Positions 36,277-49,429 are shown, counted from the first letter of the whole stretch. The stretch: DNA of 63,287 nucleotides, filler included, from Octopus bimaculoides (GCF_001194135.2; 6 parts of 6 records of this genome joined end to end with filler, not necessarily neighbours in it); one strand, 5' to 3'. Translations and numbers: made by a program. The notes: generated by a model from the letters alone, not told the origin.

Positions 36277-37589
36277 AACTTACTCAGAAGAGGATGCGTG
36301 GCGTTCAATCATATAATAATATAAATAATATATATATATATATTGCAGGTAAAATTTTCAAATACTTCTGCTTTTGTCCTTGTAACTCCTGTAACTTTTG
36401 TTGGGGGTCTTCTGTTTCGTCCCAACGTTTTTTTTGTTTTTTTCTTCCTTTTCCCTTTCTTTTACTCCTTACTCTTCTTTATTTCTGATAGCTTTTGTTC
36501 TGTCAGTTTTATGTTTGTCTTTTCCTTTCTCGACTCTTTCAACTCTTTGGTCTTCTAATGTGTTGGGAGCTGGGCCAGTATCATTGTTTCCCTCATTTGC
36601 AGGCCTCTCAGTTGTGGCTTTGGTTTTTATCTTTGAGGGACTACTGGGCCCTGAAAGCTTTCTCCATCCTTTTTGTCATCCTTAGTGCAGTCACTTCCCA
36701 GGATGATGCCAAGTGTGTCCATGTGCTGTCTAATTAGAACATAAGAATGGAGGAACCCACATTTCTTTCGCTCTATCTGGGCTGTGGTTCTGAGAAAACC
36801 ATTACTTTTAAGTGCCGCTACAATGATGTTGTTTGGGGAGGTCTCCTTCGGCAACTTTCTAAGTTCACATGAACAATTACAGTTCTTTTGTTGACCAGTT
36901 CCATGACATCTTTGCTAAGGCTACAGGGATATATATAAAAGTTCAGGATTCAAGCAAATCAGGTCCAGTGAAAAATTGAAATCAATGGAAATTATGTTCA
37001 AAATTGTTCCCCAATGTTAAATATAGAAAATAAATGAGAGGAGGAAAAATATTAATTTATATGGCCTTTATTTTATCGTTATGCTGTAAAATACTTCTTT
37101 GAGTTGTTGTTGTACAATGATTATATGCAGTTCTGTTATTAATTCTGTAGGTAGTTAACTTCATCTTTTGTTGACTGCTAGGAGAATGGATGGAAAGAGG
37201 AAAGAGAAAGAGCAAAATAATTTTGACAGATAGAGAGGTTGAAAGTGTTTAGTTTCACAGTGATGAGTCATAACTGAAAAGAGAAAAAGACAGAGGCGCT
37301 CTTCTAGTGAGCAGTGAAGAAGGTAGAACTGAATTTGGGTTCTATATTTATAATTTTGCTAACTGAATTAGGTCAGGCTAAACAAACAATTTGTCATCTG
37401 TTATCTGCCTTGATGTAAGTCTGACTCGAAAGGGTCACAAGTTAACAGTTGAATCCCTTAAATTTCCTAGTGCAAATGCCGAGAACAATAAGAAGGGACC
37501 ACAGAAAGATTTAGACCAAGTTTTAAACCTTGGCTAAGAATCCAGGAAGTGATTAACTACACACACACACACTCACTTTATAAATTAGC

Positions 37590-38543
37590 TAATGGCTATA
37601 GACTGAAAAACAATCATAACCCTCCACACAGGAGGTCAAAGTAATGCAGTTATAACAAAAAAGCTTCAAATTAACCAAACAGCAGTTTGGAAAATTGTCA
37701 AGAAATTTCAAGAAACTAGTTCCACCACTGACCAGCCTGGATGTGGGCTCAAAAGAAGTGTGTGGACCCCTCAGCTTATCAAAAGTACCAGAGAATAGAT
37801 ACAGTGAAATCTTCATCATTCCACCAGGGTACTAGCTACCACAGCAAAAATAAGTCAAACATTAATGTATTGAGTGCTGAACGAAGATCTCAGGACCCAC
37901 CCCTACAAGATGATCCACCGTCATGAGCTCACACAAATTCATAAGGCTATGAGACTGGAGGGAAGTTATCTTATCATGTGTCAGATTGCTGAAGGCATGC
38001 TGCCCAACTTGGTGTTCACCGATGAAAAGAAATTTGACGTTGAACAGACAGTAAACCACCAGAATGACTGACTTTGAGTGTATCTGGCACTGTTAAGGAT
38101 AGACTTGTAGATCGACATCAAAATCCAAAGTCAGTTATGGTTTGAATGGCTGTAACAGCTTCTGGAAGGTATCCCTGTGTTTTTGTGCCCTCAGGTGTTA
38201 AAATTAACACCCAGCAATACATTAGCAACATTCTGGAAGCTGAATTGCTTCCACAGAGACAAGGGTCACAAGCACTCTTCATGCCTCATTTGATACTCTG
38301 CAGGCTAACCTGTGCCAGGAGTGGGCTTTGATTGCACAAGAACAGCTGTGTGCTGCATGTAAAGCATTTGCACCTGGACTTAAGGCTGTGATTTGAAACA
38401 GAGGTGGTCATATCAAATAAATGTGGTTGTGTCATAATTGTATTTCCTTTACCATTGCATTGCAATGCTCAGACCTGAAATATGACAATATTTTGCTTTG
38501 GCAAAATTGAAAAAAGTTGGTTGCTTTAATTTTGGGACACTTG
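37590..38543 (+). mobile_element. Tc1/mariner-superfamily maT-like transposon, internally deleted, with right TIR
   Basis: HTH region, LVFTDEKKFDVEQTVNHQND, SVMV*MAVTASG, GVKINTQQYISNILE, GGHIK*; the segment with the 2nd and 3rd catalytic Asp is missing; ends ttaattttgggacacttg|TA. Confidence 0.85.
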
Positions 38544-38548
38544 TATAT

Positions 38549-38559
<11 letters not shown>

Positions 38560-38591
<32 letters not shown>

Positions 38592-38825
38592 TGAGTGTGT
38601 TTGTGGTTGTGTTTGTTCCCTCCTCACACCACCACTAGACAACCAGTGTGGGTTTGTTTATGACCATGTAACTTAGCAGTTTGACAAAACAGAACCAATA
38701 GAACAAGTACTAGACTTTAAAAAGTAAATACTAGAGGATGTTTTGTTTAACTAAACCCTTCAATGCAGTGCCCCTGCATGGCCGTGATAAAACAACCAAA
38801 ACAAATAAAAGGTAAAAGATAAAAT
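38560..38825 (+). mobile_element. SINE family B, 3' half (diverged)
   Basis: (GA)n, then gacaaccagtgtgggtttgtttatg...aacttagcagtttgacaaaa...gcatggccg. Confidence 0.65.
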
Positions 38826-39087
38826 AAGTAAATCACACCCATGCTGACATGGATAAGTTTACAAAAATGATTACAAATATTTCTTTGTATATTATAAATA
38901 AACAGGTATGTGTCCCAGAATTAAATAAAACATTCCAAGACAGCCTTTGTGTCAACATGGACTCACAGATGTTTAAATAGATGTACTGATATGAATATGA
39001 TATTTATGCGCATATGCTGATATATAAGCCCTCAAGGGTTGAATTATAAAATGTGCTCTAATACATATTAATATATATAATACTACT

Positions 39088-39526
39088 GACCGAGACCTTT
39101 GGAAATGTGCTGTGCGTGAGAAGACCCGGCAAGCCAAGTAAGATCGTTGCCAGTGCCCCTGGACTGGCTCTTGTGCGAGTGGCACATGAGATGCACCATT
39201 TTGAGCGTGGCCGTTGCCAGTACCGCCTGACAGGCTCCCATAGGATTTTCGAGCGAGATCGTTGCCAGTGCCCCTGGACTGGCTTGTGCGGGTGGCACAT
39301 AAAAGACACCATTTCGAGCGTGGCCGTTTTCGTGCGGGTGACACGTAAAAGCACCCACTACACTCTCTGAGTGGTTGGCGTTAGGAAAGGCATCCAGCTG
39401 TAGAAACTCTGCCAAATTAGATTGGAGCCTGGTGCTGCCATCTGGTTTCACCAGTCCTCAGTCAAATCGTCCAACCCATGCTAGCATGGAAAGCGGACGT
39501 TAAACGATGATGATGATGATGATGAT
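39088..39526 (+). mobile_element. 5'-truncated RTE copy (3' UTR only) with (GAT)n tail
   Basis: gagaagacccggcaagccaag matches 61715-61737; ends ccaacccatgctagcatggaaagcggacgttaaacgatgatgat. Confidence 0.85.
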
Positions 39527-39801
39527 AAGTATGCATGAACATGCATAAGTACATATGGTGGCTGGTGTTCCTATTGTGATACAAGTGTTATTGTATATGA
39601 TGTGTGTATGTGTGTGTCTGTGTGTGTTTGAGTGTATGTGTATATGTGTAGGTATCTATATATACATACACATACATGTGCATGCACACACACACATATG
39701 ACATAGTTATGAGTGGGAGTAAGGTTGACTATTGGAGAAATTGTTGAGTTTATAATATATCACTGCTTTCTTTGCAGAAAGTTATCTTTTTAGATTATAT
39801 A

Positions 39802-40185
39802 CAAGGGTGGGCTGAAAAGTTCATAGGATGACTATGAAGAAGTGATGCTAGAGCTGTGAAATCTTGAATGCATTACTTTCAACTGTTATTAATAACTGTA
39901 TTGTTTCTTTCCAGGTAAACTGATACGTGACTGTTCAAAGAAGACAAGTAACTAGTAGTGATTTCTCTTGAAAATGAACAAAATTTAGCATTGTGTTATT
40001 AACAAGTATCTGCAGAAAAAAGGATTTAGCCTCCCCCCGTCCCAGGACATTCATACTGACATGCTTGCTACATTAGGGAATGATGCTCCATTTTTATCAA
40101 CAGTGCAAAAAATCTGACATTGAGGCAGATCCAGCTAGTTTCCTTGAACATTTTCTAACCCACGATGAGTGTTAGGTTCATAAGC
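39802..40185 (+). mobile_element. mariner transposon, left end with internally deleted transposase
   Basis: TA|caagggtgggctgaaaagttc TIR-like start; MNKI*HCVINKYLQKKG...DIHTDMLATLGNDAPFLSTVQK joined directly to EADPASFLEHFLTHDEC*VH. Confidence 0.8.
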
Positions 40186-40254
40186 ATGTCTAATCTAAAA
40201 AGCCCATAAGCATGTCTAGGCTGTTGCTCAACAGCCTGAGAGATTGTTATCTCA

Positions 40255-40465
40255 GTTGAAAATAGTTGGGTGTTGGTGACAGGAAAGGCACCCAGTCATA
40301 GAAAACACTGCCATAGCATACTCTCATCTGACCAACACAAGCATGGAAAAGTAGATGCTAAAGCAATGATGACGATGACAACGACAATGATGGTGATGAT
40401 GATAATGATGATGATGATGATAATGATGATGATGATGATGATGATGATTATGATGCCAATGATGA
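40255..40465 (+). mobile_element. RTE-tail-related short element with (GAT)n expansion
   Basis: gtgttggtgacaggaaaggcacccag...agcatggaaaagtagatgctaaagcaatgatgacgatg. Confidence 0.6.
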
Positions 40466-41521
40466 AAAACATCTCAGATGTAAGCTTCCACTAGAAATAT
40501 TTTGAAATGACAAATTCCTGCAAAAGCAAAATGTTGATTTTTGTGCTTGAACACTTTTACTCTTTTAGCCATATGTCAATGATTAGGAGTCAGCATGCAT
40601 TTCGCCACTTGTATGCCATGTCATGCCATCGGCAAAAATGGTTTTATCCCTCACTGAACAGATTCTTCAAGACATTCAGGAAATTGAGAAGTGCAACATT
40701 TTAGAATGAAAGATTAATCTAAAGTTGTATTTTCNNNNNNNNNNNNNNNNNNNNNNNNNNNNNNNNNNNNNNNNNNNNNNNNNNNNNNNNNNNNNNNNNN
40801 NNNNNNNNNNNNNNNNNNNNNNNNNNNNNNNNNNNNNNNNNNNNNNNNNNNNNNNNNNNNNNNNNNNNNNNNNNNNNNNNNNNNNNNNNNNNNNNNNNNN
40901 NNNNNNNNNNNNNNNNNNNNNNNNNNNNNNNNNNNNNNNNNNNNNNNNNNNNNNNNNNNNNNNNNNNNNNNNNNNNNNNNNNNNNNNNNNNNNNNNNNNN
41001 NNNNNNNNNNNNNNNNNNNNNNNNNNNNNNNNNNNNNNNNNNNNNNNNNNNNNNNNNNNNNNNNNNNNNNNNNNNNNNNNNNNNNNNNNNNNNNNNNNNN
41101 NNNNNNNNNNNNNNNNNNNNNNNNNNNNNNNNNNNNNNNNNNNNNNNNNNNNNNNNNNNNNNNNAGTGAGGAGGAGGAGTGAGGAGGAGGAGTGAGGAGG
41201 AGGAGTGAGGAGGAGGAGGGTGAGGAGGGGTGAAGAGGAGAGGGTGAGTTGGAGGAGAAGACAAGAAGGAGGAAAATCAGTAAACAATGATAATGCTATA
41301 GACGTCATCAATTTATTTGATGACAAGAAAAATGGTACACATCAGAGAGATTTCCATACATCATGATAACAATGCTATTATAGTTACTATTGTCTTCATT
41401 GTCTACAGAATAGAGACATGAAGATGTTTCACTTAGTTATCCTTTCTTTATCGACCACAAGGACCCAAGCATATATTACAAAATGTATCATACAAGAGGG
41501 TCAGATAAGGGTTACCCCATA

Positions 41522-41690
41522 TATATCATCATCATCATCATCATCATCATTTAACACCTGTTTTCCATGCCAGTGTGGACTGGATGGTTTGACAGGAGCT
41601 GACCAGCTGAAGAGCTGTTCAGGTTCCCTGTCTGTTTTGGCATGGTTTCTATGGCTGAATGCCCTTCCTAATGCCAACTGCCCTTTCTAA
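41522..41690 (-). mobile_element. RTE-tail-related short element
   Basis: (CAT)n, then tttaacacctgttttccatgc...atgcccttcctaatgccaac. Confidence 0.65.
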
Positions 41691-41752
41691 CACCAACTGC
41701 CCTTCTAACACCAACTGCTAGTATATGTGAGTGAGTGTGTGTATGTGTGTGT

Positions 41753-41828
<76 letters not shown>

Positions 41829-42550
41829 ATGTGCGTCTGTGTATGTATGAGCTGTCATTGCCTCTGTTATCTGTTAGTTGGCCATGTTTTTTTGTTTTTC
41901 TTTTCCTCTTGTTAGCAGAATGCTCTTGTATAATCTTTACTACTACACGTGTAGCAACTGAGCATTTTATGTTGTACCAATAGTATCATTGATCTCCTCT
42001 CTGTTCTCATGATAGGCTATATCTCTGGGAAATCCTTGTAGCCATCAAGTATCATCAAAACCTGGAAGTTCGAGCAGATCTCTGTCTAAAACATATATTA
42101 TTGTGTGGGCACTTTTGCTTTCAACTCCTGCTGTATTGTGGCCCTTGTGCTTTTTCTTCCATGTACTGTGAACAGGCATGCGGTGCATGACCTTAACCTG
42201 CCTTCGCACCTTACCCTTAACCTTAATTTTGAATAACAAGCACACTCTTCTGTATGTTCAGCCTTGGTTAAAAGAGTACATCCACTTCCACATATCATCC
42301 GGAACTCCACCTAACTCAACTTTTGAGATTAACCCATAAACTGCTAGGATTTTGCTGTATGTAACCCAAACTGCTGAGCTTATTTTGGGTAAAGGTCAAC
42401 ATCGATCTATTACTCGAAAAAAATACTCAGTGTTTCTTAACACCTTCTGTGATTTAGCTACACTGTTTCTGGAGTGAAAGGGTATTGTGTGCATACATTA
42501 TACGTCATCAAAATTAGGTCAGATCATGCCCTACTTCTGTGGTCACGCAC

Positions 42551-42662
42551 GTGGCCTGTCGCACTGTCGTGTTGGCCACTGAGGTGGCCTATGGCACTGT
42601 CGCGTTGGCCACTGAGGTGGCCTATCACACTGTCGCATTGGCCACTGAGGTGGCCTATCGCA
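42551..42662 (+). repeat. 33-bp GC-rich minisatellite, 3.4 copies
   Basis: Consensus gtggcctatcgcactgtcgcgttggccactgag. Confidence 0.9.
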
Positions 42663-43108
42663 GTTTATGGGTTAAATGGAAAGATCTGTTTTTTTTTTGG
42701 ATGGGGGGGAACAAAGTTACACAGCAAATGTTCTCAGAGAATAACCAAAGTGATTCGACTACTGAATGTGATGATTCATATTAAGATGAATATTTGAGTA
42801 TTATAGCAAATCAACCAAATATTGCAGAAGTCTCCCAGCAGAAGTAACCTCAATTTGAATGGCTCAACACACATTTAAAAGAAATTTAGAAATTATCAAA
42901 ACATAAAAATTGCAGGTAGAGATTATTAGAACTTGATGTCTGAAAACAGAAATTGGGTTCTAAATAAAAATGTCTTGGAAATGTTTGAATTTTCATGCAG
43001 CACACATCCTTAAGTAACTTTTCTATTCTTTCTTTTAAGTCATCTGTGTTCATGTAGGAACTATATCTCTAAAGCTGTTCTAGAATTTATCAGTATAGTT
43101 AGACTATG

Positions 43109-43149
43109 CTTTGCTGATGAGGTCTCATAACACCAAAACATGTCCAGAG
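43109..43149 (+). ncRNA. Minimal Penelope-type hammerhead ribozyme with one core substitution
   Basis: ctttg-CTGATGA-GGT-ctcataac-ACC-aAAA-CATG-TC-cagag. Stems I, II and palindromic III are consistent; GAAA has become AAAA. Confidence 0.6.
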
Positions 43150-44658
43150 TTGTCAGTGTAGTGCTACTGATCAGTCTCAATCACTGCAGCATTCTTTATT
43201 TTAACCAATAAAAACGTTTAGTTTTCTCCCCTTACATTTTTTTACTAGAGTTAATTAGTCAGAAAATAATTGCTTTCATTTTTAAAGTTACAATTTTAAG
43301 TAATTAGAATATCTTTGCTAATTACATCCAATATGATAGCTCTTACATTTCTATGAAGATGAAAATAAATAAATAACCAAATCCAAGGATTTACACGCAT
43401 AAAGTATACAACATCCACAATATAGCACTTTAAAGCATTGTACAGATATTACATATAGTATTTTCAAACCAAAGTAGAGTAAACCAAAAGTAAGGCAAAA
43501 CACAGTGAAAGTAAACATTAAATATAAGACAACTGAAATAACATTAACAATGCAACTCACACAACACAATCACCATTTTATTCAATAACAAATTACAAAG
43601 CACATATTCTACACAACATGAAAATAACCAAATTCAACAAAACAAATCCTTATAACATAGCAAAGCAGATGTAACATAAAAACACAATTCCACACTGCCA
43701 AAAGATAATGTTTCACATATTTCAGGAATATAGGAGGGACACCTGTCAATGCAGTAGAAGCTTGCACAAAACTGTTGTAAAATAGTAATGACGATGATGA
43801 TGATAACAACAACAACAACAACAACATCAATAACAACAATAATAATAATGATGATAAAGACGATAGTGAATCCTTTTTTGCATGAAAATACTACTACTAC
43901 TACTTGTATTTCAGCAACATAATTTATTAATTTCCTAGGGATTTTGATCAAATGCCAGATTGAATGTCTGTCATTTCAATCTTAAATATTAGATTTTTCT
44001 ATGTTAGTTGTCAATATTTTGTTATTTGATATTTTTATATCTGTATTTTGTTATATTTTCATTGGTGGATTTAGAGAAGAGAGTGTGAGGATGGGTGGGT
44101 CAAGAATCACATAAACATTATCTAAAATGTCAATGGGATGTTATTGTTTCAACGAACAAACCATGACATTAGGGATGGGGTCGGTGGTTATGAAGTGTTT
44201 GTGTTTATATGTATGTGTGTTTCTGAGTCAAAAGGTGCATGGCATGGTCAAGTTGTTAAGAAGTATAACTTACAGTCATGAAATCTCAGGTTCAATCCAA
44301 CAACATGGCATCTGGAGCAACTGTCTTTTATCACACTTGTGTCAACTAAGCCTTGTGAGTGAAATTGGGTTGATGGAAACTGTGTAGAAGCTCGTTAGAT
44401 GGATGGTATTAGTAATACAAAGAGCCAGCCATGTCTATATCAATATGCATGTTTATACTACATATATATATATATATATACATACATATATATATATNNN
44501 NNNNNNNTATACATATATACATGTGTCTTTGTGTATGGATATGTTTGTATGTGTGCATGTGCATAGATTTTTATAAATGTCCTTGTGGGTATGTTTTTTT
44601 ATATGGCAATATTCACATGTATATATAAGTGCATGTAGCATAGGTATATTTGTGTATA

Positions 44659-47392
44659 CAGGGTCTTGCAGAAAAACTGAGACCAATTTTAAGCAGTTGA
44701 CTTAGTGGGTTTAACATTTTATTTTTTGACAAAACTTTGCTTGCTTGAAAATCTAGTCCACCTCTTTGTTTTTCAGGTGAACTGATTCAACAACCGAACG
44801 TCATGAAACCACAGAATCACTCCACCATTGTTGTTCGGGTACACGCCAGGCACACTGCCAATAAAAATTGTTAAGTTGACAAAACTTCCAAAAGCAACAG
44901 TTTATCATGTGTGGAAACAATTTAAAGAGGGAAGGATCGATAGAAAAGAACACAAGGCTCAAAGTAATTCCCAGTGCAATCCAGTTTCTCACTGGCCTTA
45001 AACTATTAATTGAAGCCAAACCCATCCACATCGATGACAACCCTTGCAAAGAAATGCAATGTGTCCCTTTCCACGGTGTCCAGAGCTGCGAAAGGAACCT
45101 TAGCATGACTAGCTATGTTTGATGATGCCGTCACTTCCTAACAGCCAAGGCCAAAGTAATCAGAGCTGAGAGATGCCCAAAGCTACTGTCATTCATCAAG
45201 CATCAAGGTGCAGGAAAAACTCTCATGTTTGTGGATGAGAAGTTTACTGTGGATGCTGAGGTGAATCACAGAAATTCTCAAGTGATTGCATGCAACCCTT
45301 CTGACATCCCTTCTGTATTTGAGACAAAGGATCCTGCCTCTGTGATGGTATTTGGAGCCATGAAAAGTGATGTAAGTGTCATGGATCCACACTTCATTGA
45401 ATCTGGTTTGAAGATCAGCACAAAGGAATACCTGGACATCCTGAAGAACTCTGTTACCTTGGATGGAACAGAAGTTTGGGCTTGACAATGTAGTACTTAT
45501 CCAAGATTTTGCACAATGCCATGAGTCAAAAGCAACACAGGCCTTCCTTGGTGAGAAGGTGCCATTTTTTTAGAGGGTCAACATCTGGCCCAGTAATGGC
45601 CCAGATCTCAACCTTCTCAATTACTTTTTATGGGGCATACTTCAAGCAAGGACCAATACTTTACCACACTCTGATGTCAATAGTTTGAAGACCTGCAGCG
45701 TGCATGCAACATGCAAGATCAAAAAGTTTGAGGTTGCAGCAGCTGCCAAAAAATTTCATTCTTGTGAGGAGGCAGTAATTGTCCAAAAGGGCAGTCATAT
45801 TGAGTGACAAATGTTTTTGTTGTAATAAATGTTGCATTAAAGTTATATCTGTTTACTACCATTATTTTAGTACTAGCAAATCTATCCATCAACAATAAGG
45901 TATAAAATGAGGGAGGGAAGTCATAACAGCAGTATGTATTGAGAAATGTGTAAATGGACTCGAAAGATTACTGGGTGATGTCTTAGAGAAATTACATTAT
46001 TGTTGGTGATACAGCATTCTATTGCAGCTATATGACATGTGTTTGCAACAAAATGACATGTGATGACGATTCACACCCGAACATAAATAGGCTCCCAGGT
46101 TCTGTATCATGAATGGTTATGCAGACCACTCCTAACGAAAGCCAGAGCTTCTTTCGACCACTACATAAAAAGTATTATGAAAAAATATTATTTAGATATA
46201 CTTTTATTTTAGTTGTTTATACTATTTTACGCTTGTTTATATTCTTATACATTCAAAGTTCAAAAATTTCCTTATTTAAATTATGAATCATATTCCTTTC
46301 GATAATATCAATATGATTACAAAACTTCTTTGCAGACGATATTTTCTGTTTGGTGGACACTAATTTTCAAATTACTGAAATCCGTTAGTCTACTCATAGC
46401 GACGTATAACTGGCCACATGGGAGTGGGTAAAAATACATCTACACAATATAAAGTCTGGCTCTGTGTCTTGTTTGCTGTGAATGCGTGAGCGGAATCATT
46501 AGGATTGAAAAAGATCAAACTAAGAGTTACCTCTCACTGTTCTACACGAATAAGGCATTCACAGCAAACAAGACACAGAAGTTATTTTGATTGACAAAAC
46601 TGAAATGTAAACAACAGCTGCTTCGAATCCTGCTCAAGACTGACACACTTCAATAACCATTAAATAATCACACACACACTATATACTGACACACACTTAT
46701 TCCATTTTATTTTCGTTATTAACCGTCTTCGCAACCTCTTTGTATCTACGATGGAGCCATGAACTATATGACGAATATCCCGAGTTACTCGTGGTCGGTG
46801 AATTTTTAATAAAAATGCGAAGGTGGTTTATCAATTCAGAAATCGATATCCATGAAATAAGCATACTTTCTGATTTTTTTAATGCTAAAAAGCTTCCTGA
46901 CGATCGCCTTTGTAATTCCAAGAAATATTGTAACCATTGGTCCAGCCGTCTGGCTGTGAAGAGGGAACAGACAAAGAGACGAACAGACAGATGGACATAA
47001 CGCCCATTATAGTAAGATAGCAAATCTGACCGTCTATGATGGGAAATAAAGGGATAGTATCGCAAATTTAAACCCTCTAAATTCTCGAACTATACAGGGG
47101 TGGTGGGGGGAATCCAGGGTTAATCCTCATCGCCGGAATTTTAACAAAAAAAAAATCAAAGGGGATTTCTTAATACAAAACTCAATATCCACTAAATAAT
47201 CATGCTTTTTCACATTTTTTCCACTAAAAACCTTCCTGATTACCTCCTCTGTAATCCAAAAAAACATCGTGACCATTGGTCCAGCTGTTTGACCATGAAG
47301 AAGGAACAGACAGGCATAATGCCCATTATAGTAAGATTTATAACCTGGTTTATGTGTTATAAAAATTGTCTCAGTTTACCTGCAAGACCCTG
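44659..47392 (+). mobile_element. maT (DD37D) transposon with both TIRs, TA TSD and a nested insertion
   Basis: TA|cagggtcttgcagaaaaactgagaccaatttt ... aaaattgtctcagtttacctgcaagaccctg|TA. Degenerate transposase 44802-45807 with FVDEKF, SVMVFG, and QD followed by 37 residues, then N where D is expected (PDLNLLN). Confidence 0.9.
45868..47337 (+). mobile_element. Nested insertion of tandem Helentron/DINE-like non-autonomous units
   Basis: Units start tagcaaat and end gcccattatagtaagat (ending near 47017 and 47337); both share ccattggtccagc...ggaacagaca, and the first has a (gaca)-like stretch near its end. Confidence 0.5.
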
Positions 47393-49429
47393 TATATTTG
47401 CACATGATCAAATATATCATGTGCAAATGATATATGTTTGTATGTGCATGCTTATATATGTATTCATGTATATGCATCTTTGTGTGTGCATTTTTATGTA
47501 TGTGTGCATGCAAGTACATAAATGAGTATATGTTTGTATGCGCATATGTGTATGTGTTCATGTGTGTATGGGTGTGTCTTTGTGTACGGCATTTGCACAT
47601 GCATATGTGTAATGTTGCATAGCCACGTTTGAGAAAATGGACAGTTAGCAAATAATTCATGAAAGAAAATGTTCCAAAAATCTCAAATAAGCAACTTTGA
47701 AGATAATAATTGCAGTAACAACAGCAATGGCAGCAGTGACTCTAACACAAAATCAAATACTGTGCTCCTTGTACACAGTAATTGTGGCTTCATGTTGAAT
47801 CTTCTTGTTTTTTCAGGAGAGGGAATTTCTATCTTTTTTTTTATTCCTTCATGTTTTCAGAAACATGAAGAAGTATTATTTCTTCAAAATTGCATGATTG
47901 TGGTGTGATAATACTAGATGACAATGTTAGAGATAAGATATTTGTTCATTTTATTCTGACACTGGATATAAAGATATTTCAATTCCTATCCCCAGAGTTT
48001 TGGCTCTAGAAACTAGTATTTGTTGTTCTTTTTGTTGGTTTTTTTTTCATTTTATTTATTTTTTATATTTTTGCTTAGTCTTTCCAATTCTGAGGTGAGT
48101 TTTACTACAACAAATGTAGCGAGTAGATTTTCTAGGTGTATATAGGGACTTCACTACCCTGTCCATGACCTATTTCTCTAATTGTGTATGAGTGCAACCA
48201 AATGCACCACTGGACATTTTTTGAGATGTTTGGTATTGAAAGAGTATACTACGTTGTAGTATACTCTTAAGTTTGCTGCAATAACGGTTATATTTTTATT
48301 AGTTATTTCTCATTTACATGCTGCATATATTCTGCTCTATATCTTTAATTTTAGGCCTTTTGTTCTGGTGCCTTCAACTTGACACAATAGGACTCTGTAG
48401 CCTTCAAGGGTCATTTGGATTGCAAATCTATTTGAATACTTTCTGACCATATGTCATCACCTTTCATTAGCCCTGCTTTGACCATTCATCTATACAGCAA
48501 TACAAAAGTAGTAATAACTAGACATAAGTTTACACTATTTTGGATGTTTTTTATCACTCTTGTATTTCTTCAGCCCATGTACATGAACACAAATGTATAG
48601 GTAGAGGTATGTCTAACAATTTCAACCTGTGTTATATTAAAACTTCAATTTTGAAGATACAGAAGATATTGCTATAACTATTGCCTTTTTTTTTCTGCTT
48701 GAGAAGATTTCTTCTAATATACCCTGAAGAGATTTTTTGTACAACTCAACATTAGGGTAGATTTTATTCATTTCTATCCGTTCAAAAGCGGAATTATAAA
48801 TTTTTCTTTTGTTCTCTCCTTGATTAGCTCTTGTAACAAAGAAATACTGTTCAGTTTTTCAAAATACCCCCAATTACATTTTCCCCTTTGCAACTGTGGT
48901 AGGTGTAAGAATTCTGCTTGTTTGATTTATGTTAAGAGAAGGTTATCTCTGATACAACTTCTACATAAATGGATTATACTGTTTGACTTTGTGTAACTAT
49001 TATCGCTATCTTCAAAACTACGAGTTTGATTTTTTATATCTATTATCTGCTCACTAATGTGTCCACTTTCTGTCTTTTTTTGTTCATCAAATTGCTTTGA
49101 TTTTGAGCTGCATTTTTTTATTTTGCTATTGTGGTATAAGTTATATAGCGCACATATATATAATAGCCATTTTGAATGTGAAAATGGAAAATGAGTAAAT
49201 ATTATTTTTAAAATTTGTAAAGCAAGCCCTCTTTTTTTTAGTCTAGCTCAGCTATCAAAGGCAAACTTTTCTTAGGTAATTTAAAATTCTTTCTACAAGT
49301 ATTCCAAAGAAAATTTAATATGGTAAGGTTTGAAAAAAACCTTGACTCAAAATGAGAAAGAAAATGACTCAAAATGAGAAAGAAAATGTCTTCTCACAAT
49401 ACAAGCAAAATACGACAATAATCCTTTCC

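Noticed and set aside
36132-36411. Apparent recent direct duplication of about 80 bp
   Set aside because: The first copy ends at a 10-N gap and is almost identical to the second; best explained as overlapping contig ends.
42000-42310. Short ORFs of 66-70 aa in unique-looking sequence
   Set aside because: No recognisable domain in any frame; probably old TE debris.
42551-42662. CRISPR-like repeat length with a palindrome
   Set aside because: Units are contiguous with no unique spacers, there are no cas genes, and the context is eukaryotic.
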